A stretch of 64,000 nt of DNA from Auanema rhodensis (taxonomy: Eukaryota; Animalia; Nematoda): assembly GCA_964057225.1 (NCBI GenBank), contig OZ059898.1:930001-994000 (forward strand), in the 5' to 3' direction. The notes beneath the pieces are model-generated. The model made no database searches. It saw only the letters and a list, made by a program, of their open reading frames with translations, and was not told the DNA's origin. Below, piece by piece: positions 40,501 through 55,500 of the stretch (within the stretch, counting starts at the first letter, position 1; every line of letters starts with the position of its first letter). The position numbers and the translations under genes were made by a program.

Positions 40501-43500
40501 ATATCAACTGATATAAGTTCACACTTATATCCTCGATTTTCACCCTGAAGAATTAATTTTTTCGTTGAATAACATTGTCCATCGTCTTTGCCTTGAAAAA
40601 AGGAATCTAAAAACATCTACTTTTTGCTAAATTATTTTGAAATTTTTCGAAAAAATTTTTGTCAAAATGTTTTTGGAAGCAATGTTGAGTGTACATGGAA
40701 ACTCAACATACACTAATGCATCATTTTTCAAACGATCATAACTAATTTTTGTATTAAGCGTTTCTCAATGTAGTATAGTGCATTCGATGCGGATTTTTAA
40801 GCTGCGTCGATCTGTGTTATCAGATTTGCGCTAGCTTAAAAATGCACCGAGATATCAACTGATATAAGTTCACACTTATATCCTCGATTTTCACCCTGAA
40901 GAATTAATTTTTTCGTTGAATAACATTGTCCATCGTCTTTGCCTTGAAAAAAGGAATCTAAAAACATCTACTTTTTGCCAAATTATTTTGAAATTTTTCG
41001 AAAAAATTTTTGTCAAAATGTTTTTGGAAGCAATGTTGAGTGTACATGGAAACTCAACATACACTAATGCATCATTTTTCAAACGATCATAACTAATTTT
41101 TGTATTAAGCGTTTCTCAATGTAGTATAGTGCATTCGATGCGGATTTTCAAGCTGCGTCGATCTGTGTTATCAGATTTGCGCTAGCTTAAAAATGCACCG
41201 AGATATCAACTGATATAAGTTCACACTTATATCCTCGATTTTCACCCTGAAGAATTAATTTTTTCGTTGAATAACATTGTCCATCGTCTTTGCCTTGAAA
41301 AAAGGAATCTAAAAACATCTACTTTTTGCTAAATTATTTTGAAATTTTTCGAAAAAATTTTTGTCAAAATGTTTTTGGAAGCAATGTTGAGTGTACATGG
41401 AAACTCAACATACACTAATGCATCATTTTTCAAACGATCATAACTAATTTTTGTATTAAGCGTTTCTCAATGTAGTATAGTGCATTCGATGCGGATTTTC
41501 AAGCTGCGTCGATCTGTGTTATCAGATTTGCGCTAGCTTAAAAATGCACCGAGATATCAACTGATATAAGTTCACACTTATATCCTCGATTTTCACCCTG
41601 AAGAATTAATTTTTTCGTTGAATAACATTGTCCATCGTCTTTGCTTTGAAAAAAGGAATCTAAAAACATCTACTTTTTGCCAAATTATTTTGAAATTTTT
41701 CGAAAAAATTTTTGTCAAAATGTTTTTGGAAGCAATGTTGAGTGTACATGGAAACTCAACATACACTAATGCATCATTTTTCAAACGATCATAACTAATT
41801 TTTGTATTAAGCGTTTCTCAATGTAGTATAGTGCATTCGATGCGGATTTTTAAGCTGCGTCGATCTGTGTTATCAGATTTGCGCTAGCTTAAAAATGCAC
41901 CGAGATATCAACTGATATAAGTTCACACTTATATCCTCGATTTTCACCCTGAAGAATTAATTTTTTCGTTGAATAACATTGTCCATCGTCTTTGCCTTGA
42001 AAAAAGGAATCTAAAAACATCTACTTTTTGCTAAATTATTTTGAAATTTTTCGAAAAAATTTTTGTCAAAATGTTTTTGGAAGCAATGTTGAGTGTACAT
42101 GGAAACTCAACATACACTAATGCATCATTTTTCAAACGATCATAACTAATTTTTGTATTAAGCGTTTCTCAATGTAGTATAGTGCATTCGATGCGGATTT
42201 TTAAGCTGCGTCGATCTGTGTTATCAGATTTGCGCTAGCTTAAAAATGCACCGAGATATCAACTGATATAAGTTCACACTTATATCCTCGATTTTCACCC
42301 TGAAGAATTAATTTTTTCGTTGAATAACATTGTCCATCGTCTTTGCCTTGAAAAAAGGAATCTAAAAACATCTACTTTTTGCTAAATTATTTTGAAATTT
42401 TTCGAAAAAATTTTTGTCAAAATGTTTTTGGAAGCAATGTTGAGTGTACATGGAAACTCAACATACACTAATGCATCATTTTTCAAACGATCATAACTAA
42501 TTTTTGTATTAAGCGTTTCTCAATGTAGTATAGTGCATTCGATGCGGATTTTTAAGCTGCGTCGATCTGTGTTATCAGATTTGCGCTAGCTTAAAAATGC
42601 ACCGAGATATCAACTGATATAAGTTCACACTTATATCCTCGATTTTCACCCTGAAGAATTAATTTTTTCGTTGAATAACATTGTCCATCGTCTTTGCCTT
42701 GAAAAAAGGAATCTAAAAACATCTACTTTTTGCTAAATTATTTTGAAATTTTTCGAAAAAATTTTTGTCAAAATGTTTTTGGAAGCAATGTTGAGTGTAC
42801 ATGGAAACTCAACATACACTAATGCATCATTTTTCAAACGATCATAACTAATTTTTGTATTAAGCGTTTCTCAATGTAGTATAGTGCATTCGATGCGGAT
42901 TTTTAAGCTGCGTCGATCTGTGTTATCAGATTTGCGCTAGCTTAAAAATGCACCGAGATATCAACTGATATAAGTTCACACTTATATCCTCGATTTTCAC
43001 CCTGAAGAATTAATTTTTTCGTTGAATAACATTGTCCATCGTCTTTGCCTTGAAAAAAGGAATCTAAAAACATCTACTTTTTGCTAAATTATTTTGAAAT
43101 TTTTCGAAAAAATTTTTGTCAAAATGTTTTTGGAAGCAATGTTGAGTGTACATGGAAACTCAACATACACTAATGCATCATTTTTCAAACGATCATAACT
43201 AATTTTTGTATTAAGCGTTTCTCAATGTAGTATAGTGCATTCGATGCGGATTTTTAAGCTGCGTCGATCTGTGTTATCAGATTTGCGCTAGCTTAAAAAT
43301 GCACCGAGATATCAACTGATATAAGTTCACACTTATATCCTCGATTTTCACCCTGAAGAATTAATTTTTTCGTTGAATAACATTGTCCATCGTCTTTGTC
43401 TTGAAAAACGGAATCTAAAAACATCTACTTTTTGCCAAATTATTTTGAAATTTTTCGAAAAAATTTTTGTCAAAATGTTTTTGGAAGCAATGTTGAGTGT

Positions 43501-46500
43501 ACATGGAAACTCAACATACACTAATGCATCATTTTTCAAACGATCATAACTAATTTTTGTATTAAGCGTTTCTCAATGTAGTATAGTGCATTCGATGCGG
43601 ATTTTTAAGCTGCGTCGATCTGTGTTATCAGATTTACGCTAGCTTAAAAATGCACCGAGATATCAACTGATATAAGTTCACACTTATATCCTCGATTTTC
43701 ACCCTGAAGAATTAATTTTTTTGTTGAATAACATTGTCCATCGTCTTTGCCTTGAAAAAAGGAATCTAAAAACATCTACTTTTTGCTAAATTATTTTGAA
43801 ATTTTTCGAAAAAATTTTTGTCAAAATGTTTTTGGAAGCAATGTTGAGTGTACATGGAAACTCAACATACACTAATGCATCATTTTTCAAACGATCATAA
43901 CTAATTTTTGTATTAAGCGTTTCTCAATGTAGTATAGTGCATTCGATGCGGATTTTTAAGCTGCGTCGATCTGTGTTATCAGATTTGCGCTAGCTTAAAA
44001 ATGCACCGAGATATCAACTGATATAAGTTCACACTTATATCCTCGATTTTCACCCTGAAGAATTAATTTTTTCGTTGAATAACATTGTCCATCGTCTTTG
44101 CCTTGAAAAAAGGAATCTAAAAACATCTACTTTTTGCTAAATTATTTTGAAATTTTTCGAAAAAATTTTTGTCAAAATGTTTTTGGAAGCAATGTTGAGT
44201 GTACATGGAAACTCAACATACACTAATGCATCATTTTTCAAACGATCATAACTAATTTTTGTATTAAGCGTTTCTCAATGTAGTATAGTGCATTCGATGC
44301 GGATTTTTAAGCTGCGTCGATCTGTGTTATCAGATTTGCGCTAGCTTAAAAATGCACCGAGATATCAACTGATATAAGTTCACACTTATATCCTCGATTT
44401 TCACCCTGAAGAATTAATTTTTTCGTTGAATAACATTGTCCATCGTCTTTGCCTTGAAAAAAGGAATCTAAAAACATCTACTTTTTGCTAAATTATTTTG
44501 AAATTTTTCGAAAAAATTTTTGTCAAAATGTTTTTGGAAGCAATGTTGAGTGTACATGGAAACTCAACATACACTAATGCATCATTTTTCAAACGATCAT
44601 AACTAATTTTTGTATTAAGCGTTTCTCAATGTAGTATAGTGCATTCGATGCGGATTTTTAAGCTGCGTCGATCTGTGTTATCAGATTTGCGCTAGCTTAA
44701 AAATGCACCGAGATATCAACTGATATAAGTTCACACTTATATCCTCGATTTTCACCCTGAAGAATTAATTTTTTCGTTGAATAACATTGTCCATCGTCTT
44801 TGTCTTGAAAAACGGAATCTAAAAACATCTACTTTTTGCCAAATTATTTTGAAATTTTTCGAAAAAATTTTTGTCAAAATGTTTTTGGAAGCAATGTTGA
44901 GTGTACATGGAAACTCAACATACACTAATGCATCATTTTTCAAACGATCATAACTAATTTTTGTATTAAGCGTTTCTCAATGTAGTATAGTGCATTCGAT
45001 GCGGATTTTTAAGCTGCGTCGATCTGTGTTATCAGATTTACGCTAGCTTAAAAATGCACCGAGATATCAACTGATATAAGTTCACACTTATATCCTCGAT
45101 TTTCACCCTGAAGAATTAATTTTTTTGTTGAATAACATTGTCCATCGTCTTTGCCTTGAAAAAAGGAATCTAAAAACATCTACTTTTTGCTAAATTATTT
45201 TGAAATTTTTCGAAAAAATTTTTGTCAAAATGTTTTTGGAAGCAATGTTGAGTGTACATGGAAACTCAACATACACTAATGCATCATTTTTCAAACGATC
45301 ATAACTAATTTTTGTATTAAGCGTTTCTCAATGTAGTATAGTGCATTCGATGCGGATTTTTAAGCTGCGTCGATCTGTGTTATCAGATTTGCGCTAGCTT
45401 AAAAATGCACCGAGATATCAACTGATATAAGTTCACACTTATATCCTCGATTTTCACCCTGAAGAATTAATTTTTTCGTTGAATAACATTGTCCATCGTC
45501 TTTGCCTTGAAAAAAGGAATCTAAAAACATCTACTTTTTGCTAAATTATTTTGAAATTTTTCGAAAAAATTTTTGTCAAAATGTTTTTGGAAGCAATGTT
45601 GAGTGTACATGGAAACTCAACATACACTAATGCATCATTTTTCAAACGATCATAACTAATTTTTGTATTAAGCGTTTCTCAATGTAGTATAGTGCATTCG
45701 ATGCGGATTTTTAAGCTGCGTCGATCTGTGTTATCAGATTTGCGCTAGCTTAAAAATGCACCGAGATATCAACTGATATAAGTTCACACTTATATCCTCG
45801 ATTTTCACCCTGAAGAATTAATTTTTTCGTTGAATAACATTGTCCATCGTCTTTGCCTTGAAAAAAGGAATCTAAAAACATCTACTTTTTGCTAAATTAT
45901 TTTGAAATTTTTCGAAAAAATTTTTGTCAAAATGTTTTTGGAAGCAATGTTGAGTGTACATGGAAACTCAACATACACTAATGCATCATTTTTCAAACGA
46001 TCATAACTAATTTTTGTATTAAGCGTTTCTCAATGTAGTATAGTGCATTCGATGCGGATTTTTAAGCTGCGTCGATCTGTGTTATCAGATTTGCGCTAGC
46101 TTAAAAATGCACCGAGATATCAACTGATATAAGTTCACACTTATATCCTCGATTTTCACCCTGAAGAATTAATTTTTTCGTTGAATAACATTGTCCATCG
46201 TCTTTGCCTTGAAAAAAGGAATCTAAAAACATCTACTTTTTGCTAAATTATTTTGAAATTTTTCGAAAAAATTTTTGTCAAAATGTTTTTGGAAGCAATG
46301 TTGAGTGTACATGGAAACTCAACATACACTAATGCATCATTTTTCAAACGATCATAACTAATTTTTGTATTAAGCGTTTCTCAATGTAGTATAGTGCATT
46401 CGATGCGGATTTTTAAGCTGCGTCGATCTGTGTTATCAGATTTGCGCTAGCTTAAAAATGCACCGAGATATCAACTGATATAAGTTCACACTTATATCCT

Positions 46501-49500
46501 CGATTTTCACCCTGAAGAATTAATTTTTTCGTTGAATAACATTGTCCATCGTCTTTGCCTTGAAAAAAGGAATCTAAAAACATCTACTTTTTGCCAAATT
46601 ATTTTGAAATTTTTCGAAAAAATTTTTGTCAAAATGTTTTTGGAAGCAATGTTGAGTGTACATGGAAACTCAACATACACTAATGCATCATTTTTCAAAC
46701 GATCATAACTAATTTTTGTATTAAGCGTTTCTCAATGTAGTATAGTGCATTCGATGCGGATTTTCAAGCTGCGTCGATCTGTGTTATCAGATTTGCGCTA
46801 GCTTAAAAATGCACCGAGATATCAACTGATATAAGTTCACACTTATATCCTCGATTTTCACCCTGAAGAATTAATTTTTTCGTTGAATAACATTGTCCAT
46901 CGTCTTTGCCTTGAAAAAAGGAATCTAAAAACATCTACTTTTTGCTAAATTATTTTGAAATTTTTCGAAAAAATTTTTGTCAAAATGTTTTTGGAAGCAA
47001 TGTTGAGTGTACATGGAAACTCAACATACACTAATGCATCATTTTTCAAACGATCATAACTAATTTTTGTATTAAGCGTTTCTCAATGTAGTATAGTGCA
47101 TTCGATGCGGATTTTCAAGCTGCGTCGATCTGTGTTATCAGATTTGCGCTAGCTTAAAAATGCACCGAGATATCAACTGATATAAGTTCACACTTATATC
47201 CTCGATTTTCACCCTGAAGAATTAATTTTTTCGTTGAATAACATTGTCCATCGTCTTTGCTTTGAAAAAAGGAATCTAAAAACATCTACTTTTTGCCAAA
47301 TTATTTTGAAATTTTTCGAAAAAATTTTTGTCAAAATGTTTTTGGAAGCAATGTTGAGTGTACATGGAAACTCAACATACACTAATGCATCATTTTTCAA
47401 ACGATCATAACTAATTTTTGTATTAAGCGTTTCTCAATGTAGTATAGTGCATTCGATGCGGATTTTTAAGCTGCGTCGATCTGTGTTATCAGATTTGCGC
47501 TAGCTTAAAAATGCACCGAGATATCAACTGATATAAGTTCACACTTATATCCTCGATTTTCACCCTGAAGAATTAATTTTTTCGTTGAATAACATTGTCC
47601 ATCGTCTTTGCCTTGAAAAAAGGAATCTAAAAACATCTACTTTTTGCTAAATTATTTTGAAATTTTTCGAAAAAATTTTTGTCAAAATGTTTTTGGAAGC
47701 AATGTTGAGTGTACATGGAAACTCAACATACACTAATGCATCATTTTTCAAACGATCATAACTAATTTTTGTATTAAGCGTTTCTCAATGTAGTATAGTG
47801 CATTCGATGCGGATTTTTAAGCTGCGTCGATCTGTGTTATCAGATTTGCGCTAGCTTAAAAATGCACCGAGATATCAACTGATATAAGTTCACACTTATA
47901 TCCTCGATTTTCACCCTGAAGAATTAATTTTTTCGTTGAATAACATTGTCCATCGTCTTTGCCTTGAAAAAAGGAATCTAAAAACATCTACTTTTTGCTA
48001 AATTATTTTGAAATTTTTCGAAAAAATTTTTGTCAAAATGTTTTTGGAAGCAATGTTGAGTGTACATGGAAACTCAACATACACTAATGCATCATTTTTC
48101 AAACGATCATAACTAATTTTTGTATCGAGCGTTTCTCAATGTAGTATAGTGCATTCGATGCGGATTTTTAAGCTGCGTCGATCTGTGTTTTCAGATTTGC
48201 GCTAGCTTAAAAATGCACCGAGATATCAACTGATATAAGTTCACACTTATATCCTCGATTTTCACCCTGAAGAATTAATTTTTTCGTTGAATAACATTGT
48301 CCATCGTCTTTGCCTTGAAAAAAGGAATCTAAAAACATCTACTTTTTGCTAAATTATTTTGAAATTTTTCGAAAAAATTTTTGTCAAAATGTTTTTGGAA
48401 GCAATGTTGAGTGTACATGGAAACTCAACATACACTAATGCATCATTTTTCAAACGATCATAACTAATTTTTGTATTAAGCGTTTCTCAATGTAGTATAG
48501 TGCATTCGATGCGGATTTTTAAGCTGCGTCGATCTGTGTTATCAGATTTGCGCTAGCTTAAAAATGCACCGAGATATCAACTGATATAAGTTCACACTTA
48601 TATCCTCGATTTTCACCCTGAAGAATTAATTTTTTCGTTGAATAACATTGTCCATCGTCTTTGCCTTGAAAAAAGGAATCTAAAAACATCTACTTTTTGC
48701 TAAATTATTTTGAAATTTTTCGAAAAAATTTTTGTCAAAATGTTTTTGGAAGCAATGTTGAGTGTACATGGAAACTCAACATACACTAATGCATCATTTT
48801 TCAAACGATCATAACTAATTTTTGTATTAAGCGTTTCTCAATGTAGTATAGTGCATTCGATGCGGATTTTTAAGCTGCGTCGATCTGTTTTATCAGATTT
48901 GCGCTAGCTTAAAAATGCACCGAGATATCAACTGATATAAGTTCACACTTATATCCTCGATTTTCACCCTGAAGAATTAATTTTTTCGTTGAATAACATT
49001 GTCCATCGTCTTTGCCTTGAAAAAAGGAATCTAAAAACATCTACTTTTTGCTAAATTATTTTGAAATTTTTCGAAAAAATTTTTGTCAAAATGTTTTTGG
49101 AAGCAATGTTGAGTGTACATGGAAACTCAACATACACTAATGCATCATTTTTCAAACGATCATAACTAATTTTTGTATTAAGCGTTTCTCAATGTAGTAT
49201 AGTGCATTCGATGCGGATTTTTAAGCTGCGTCGATCTGTGTTATCAGATTTGCGCTAGCTTAAAAATGCACCGAGATATCAACTGATATAAGTTCACACT
49301 TATATCCTCGATTTTCACCCTGAAGAATTACTTTTTTTGTTGAATAACATTGTCCATCGTCTTTGCCTTGAAAAAAGGAATCTAAAAACATGTACTTTTT
49401 GCTAAATTATTTTGAAATTTTCCGAAAAAATTTTTGTCAAAATGTTTTTGGAAGCAATGTTGAGTGTACATAGAAACTCAACATACACTAATGCATCATT

Positions 49501-52500
49501 TTTCAAACGATCATAACTAATTTTTGTATTAAGCGTTTCTCAATGTCGTATAGTGCATTCGATGCGGATTTTTAAGCTGCGTCGATCTGTGTTATCAGAT
49601 TTGCGCTAGCTTAAAAATGCACCGAGATATCAACTGATATAAGTTCACACTTATATCCTCGATTTTCACCCTGAAGAATTAATTTTTTCGTTGAATAACA
49701 TTGTCCATCGTCTTTGCCTTGAAAAAAGGAATCTAAAAACATCTACTTTTTGCTAAATTATTTTGAAATTTTTCGAAAAAATTTTTGTCAAAATGTTTTT
49801 GGAAGCAATGTTGAGTGTACATGGAAACTCAACATACACTAATGCATCATTTTTCAAACGATCATAACTAATTTTTGTATTAAGCGTTTCTCAATGTAGT
49901 ATAGTGCATTCGATGCGGATTTTTAAGCTGCGTCGATCTGTGTTATCAGATTTGCGCTAGCTTAAAAATGCACCGAGATATCAACTGATATAAGTTCACA
50001 CTTATATCCTCGATTTTCACCCTGAAGAATTAATTTTTTTGTTGAATAACATTGTCCATCGTCTTTGCCTTGAAAAAAGGAATCTAAAAACATCTACTTT
50101 TTGCTAAATTATTTTGAAATTTTTCGAAAAAATTTTTGTCAAAATGTTTTTGGAAGCAATGTTGAGTGTACATGGAAACTCAACATACACTAATGCATCA
50201 TTTTTCAAACGATCATAACTAATTTTTGTATTAAGCGTTTCTCAATGTAGTATAGTGCATTCGATGCGGATTTTTAAGCTGCGTCGATCTGTGTTATCAG
50301 ATTTGCGCTAGCTTAAAAATGCACCGAGATATCAACTGATATAAGTTCACACTTATATCCTCGATTTTCACCCTGAAGAATTAATTTTTTCGTTGAATAA
50401 CATTGTCCATCGTCTTTGCCTTGAAAAAAGGAATCTAAAAACATCTACTTTTTGCTAAATTATTTTGAAATTTTTCGAAAAAATTTTTGTCAAAATGTTT
50501 TTGGAACCAATTTTGAGTGTACATGGAAATTCAACATACACAAATGCATCATTTTTCAAACGATCATAACTAATTTTTGTATTGAGCTTTTCTCAATGTA
50601 GTATAGTGCATTCGATGCGGATTTTTAAGCTGCGTCGATCTGTGTTATCAGATTTGGGCTAGCTTGAAAATGCACCGAGATATCAACTGATATAAGTTCA
50701 CACTTATATCCTCGATTTTCACCCTGAAGAATTAATTTTTTCGTTGAATAACATTGTCCATCGTCTTTGCCTTGAAAAAAGGAATCTAAAAACATCTACT
50801 TTTTGCTAAATTATTTTGAAATTTTTCGAAAAAATTTTTGTCAAAATGTTTTTGGAAGCAATGTTGAGTGTACATGGAAACTCAACATACACTAATGCAT
50901 CATTTTTCAAACGATCATAACTAATTTTTGTATTAAGCGTTTCTCAATGTAGTATAGTGCATTCGATGCGGATTTTTAAGCTGCGTCGATCTGTGTTATC
51001 AGATTTGCGCTAGCTTAAAAATGCACCGAGATATCAACTGATATAAGTTCACACTTATATCCTCGATTTTCACCCTGAAGAATTAATTTTTTCGTTGAAT
51101 AACATTGTCCATCGTCTTTGCCTTGAAAAAAGGAATCTAAAAACATCTACTTTTTGCTAAATTATTTTGAAATTTTTCGAAAAAATTTTTGTCAAAATGT
51201 TTTTGGAAGCAATGTTGAGTGTACATGGAAACTCAACATACACTAATGCATCATTTTTCAAACGATCATAACTAATTTTTGTATTAAGCGTTTCTCAATG
51301 TAGTATAGTGCATTCGATGCGGATTTTTAAGCTGCGTCGATCTGTGTTATCAGATTTGCGCTAGCTTAAAAATGCACCGAGATATCAACTGATATAAGTT
51401 CACACTTATATCCTCGATTTTCACCCTGAAGAATTAATTTTTTCGTTGAATAACATTGTCCATCGTCTTTGCCTTGAAAAAAGGAATCTAAAAACATCTA
51501 CTTTTTGCCAAATTATTTTGAAATTTTTCGAAAAAATTTTTGTCAAAATGTTTTTGGAAGCAATGTTGAGTGTACATGGAAACTCAACATACACTAATGC
51601 ATCATTTTTCAAACGATCATAACTAATTTTTGTATTAAGCGTTTCTCAATGTAGTATAGTGCATTCGATGCGGATTTTTAAGCTGCGTCGATCTGTTTTA
51701 TCAGATTTGCGCTAGCTTAAAAATGCACCGAGATATCAACTGATATAAGTTCACACTTATATCCTCGATTTTCACCCTGAAGAATTAATTTTTTCGTTGA
51801 ATAACATTGTCCATCGTCTTTGCCTTGAAAAAAGGAATCTAAAAACATCTACTTTTTGCTAAATTATTTTGAAATTTTTCGAAAAAATTTTTGTCAAAAT
51901 GTTTTTGGAAGCAATGTTGAGTGTACATGGAAACTCAACATACACTAATGCATCATTTTTCAAACGATCATAACTAATTTTTGTATTAAGCGTTTCTCAA
52001 TGTAGTATAGTGCATTCGATGCGGATTTTTAAGCTGCGTCGATCTGTGTTATCAGATTTGCGCTAGCTTAAAAATGCACCGAGATATCAACTGATATAAG
52101 TTCACACTTATATCCTCGATTTTCACCCTGAAGAATTAATTTTTTTGTTGAATAACATTGTCCATCGTCTTTGCCTTGAAAAAAGGAATCTAAAAACATC
52201 TACTTTTTGCTAAATTATTTTGAAATTTTTCGAAAAAATTTTTGTCAAAATGTTTTTGGAAGCAATGTTGAGTGTACATGGAAACTCAACATACACTAAT
52301 GCATCATTTTTCAAACGATCATAACTAATTTTTGTATTAAGCGTTTCTCAATGTAGTATAGTGCATTCGATGCGGATTTTTAAGCTGCGTCGATCTGTGT
52401 TATCAGATTTGCGCTAGCTTAAAAATGCACCGAGATATCAACTGATATAAGTTCACACTTATATCCTCGATTTTCACCCTGAAGAATTAATTTTTTCGTT

Positions 52501-55500
52501 GAATAACATTGTCCATCGTCTTTGCCTTGAAAAAAGGAATCTAAAAACATCTACTTTTTGCTAAATTATTTTGAAATTTTTCGAAAAAATTTTTGTCAAA
52601 ATGTTTTTGGAAGCAATGTTGAGTGTACATGGAAACTCAACATACACTAATGCATCATTTTTCAAACGATCATAACTAATTTTTGTATTAAGCGTTTCTC
52701 AATGTAGTATAGTGCATTCGATGCGGATTTTTAAGCTGCGTCGATCTGTGTTATCAGATTTGCGCTAGCTTAAAAATGCACCGAGATATCAACTGATATA
52801 AGTTCACACTTATATCCTCGATTTTCACCCTGAAGAATTAATTTTTTCGTTGAATAACATTGTCCATCGTCTTTGCCTTGAAAAAAGGAATCTAAAAACA
52901 TCTACTTTTTGCTAAATTATTTTGAAATTTTTCGAAAAAATTTTTGTCAAAATGTTTTTGGAAGCAATGTTGAGTGTACATGGAAACTCAACATACACTA
53001 ATGCATCATTTTTCAAACGATCATAACTAATTTTTGTATTAAGCGTTTCTCAATGTAGTATAGTGCATTCGATGCGGATTTTTAAGCTGCGTCGATCTGT
53101 GTTATCAGATTTGCGCTAGCTTAAAAATGCACCGAGATATCAACTGATATAAGTTCACACTTATATCCTCGATTTTCACCCTGAAGAATTAATTTTTTCG
53201 TTGAATAACATTGTCCATCGTCTTTGCCTTGAAAAAAGGAATCTAAAAACATCTACTTTTTGCTAAATTATTTTGAAATTTTTCGAAAAAATTTTTGTCA
53301 AAATGTTTTTGGAAGCAATGTTGAGTGTACATGGAAACTCAACATACACTAATGCATCATTTTTCAAACGATCATAACTAATTTTTGTATTAAGCGTTTC
53401 TCAATGTAGTATAGTGCATTCGATGCGGATTTTTAAGCTGCGTCGATCTGTGTTATCAGATTTGCGCTAGCTTAAAAATGCACCGAGATATCAACTGATA
53501 TAAGTTCACACTTATATCCTCGATTTTCACCCTGAAGAATTAATTTTTTCGTTGAATAACATTGTCCATCGTCTTTGCCTTGAAAAAAGGAATCTAAAAA
53601 CATCTACTTTTTGCTAAATTATTTTGAAATTTTTCGAAAAAATTTTTGTCAAAATGTTTTTGGAAGCAATGTTGAGTGTACATGGAAACTCAACATACAC
53701 TAATGCATCATTTTTCAAACGATCATAACTAATTTTTGTATTAAGCGTTTCTCAATGTAGTATAGTGCATTCGATGCGGATTTTTAAGCTGCGTCGATCT
53801 GTGTTATCAGATTTGCGCTAGCTTAAAAATGCACCGAGATATCAACTGATATAAGTTCACACTTATATCCTCGATTTTCACCCTGAAGAATTAATTTTTT
53901 CGTTGAATAACATTGTCCATCGTCTTTGCCTTGAAAAAAGGAATCTAAAAACATCTACTTTTTGCCAAATTATTTTGAAATTTTTCGAAAAAATTTTTGT
54001 CAAAATGTTTTTGGAAGCAATGTTGAGTGTACATGGAAACTCAACATACACTAATGCATCATTTTTCAAACGATCATAACTAATTTTTGTATTAAGCGTT
54101 TCTCAATGTAGTATAGTGCATTCGATGCGGATTTTTAAGCTGCGTCGATCTGTTTTATCAGATTTGCGCTAGCTTAAAAATGCACCGAGATATCAACTGA
54201 TATAAGTTCACACTTATATCCTCGATTTTCACCCTGAAGAATTAATTTTTTCGTTGAATAACATTGTCCATCGTCTTTGCCTTGAAAAAAGGAATCTAAA
54301 AACATCTACTTTTTGCTAAATTATTTTGAAATTTTTCGAAAAAATTTTTGTCAAAATGTTTTTGGAAGCAATGTTGAGTGTACATGGAAACTCAACATAC
54401 ACTAATGCATCATTTTTCAAACGATCATAACTAATTTTTGTATTAAGCGTTTCTCAATGTAGTATAGTGCATTCGATGCGGATTTTTAAGCTGCGTCGAT
54501 CTGTGTTATCAGATTTGCGCTAGCTTAAAAATGCACCGAGATATCAACTGATATAAGTTCACACTTATATCCTCGATTTTCACCCTGAAGAATTAATTTT
54601 TTCGTTGAATAACATTGTCCATCGTCTTTGCCTTGAAAAAAGGAATCTAAAAACATCTACTTTTTGCTAAATTATTTTGAAATTTTTCGAAAAAATTTTT
54701 GTCAAAATGTTTTTGGAAGCAATGTTGAGTGTACATGGAAACTCAACATACACTAATGCATCATTTTTCAAACGATCATAACTAATTTTTGTATTAAGCG
54801 TTTCTCAATGTAGTATAGTGCATTCGATGCGAATTTTTAAGCTGCGTCGATCTGTGTTATCAGATTTGCGCTAGCTTAAAAATGCACCGAGATATCAACT
54901 GATATAAGTTCACACTTATATCCTCGATTTTCACCCTGAAGAATTAATTTTTTCGTTGAATAACATTGTCCATCGTCTTTGTCTTGAAAAAAGGAATCTA
55001 AAAACATCTACTTTTTGCCAAATTATTTTGAAATTTTTCGAAAAAATTTTTGTCAAAATGTTTTTGGAAGCAATGTTGAGTGTACATGGAAACTCAACAT
55101 ACACTAATGCATCATTTTTCAAACGATCATAACTAATTTTTGTATTAAGCGTTTCTCAATGTAGTATAGTGCATTCGATGCGGATTTTTAAGCTGCGTCG
55201 ATCTGTGTTATCAGATTTACGCTAGCTTAAAAATGCACCGAGATATCAACTGATATAAGTTCACACTTATATCCTCGATTTTCACCCTGAAGAATTAATT
55301 TTTTCGTTGAATAACATTGTCCATCGTCTTTGCCTTGAAAAAAGGAATCTAAAAACATCTACTTTTTGCTAAATTATTTTGAAATTTTTCGAAAAAATTT
55401 TTGTCAAAATGTTTTTGGAAGCAATGTTGAGTGTACATGGAAACTCAACATACACTAATGCATCATTTTTCAAACGATCATAACTAATTTTTGTATTAAG

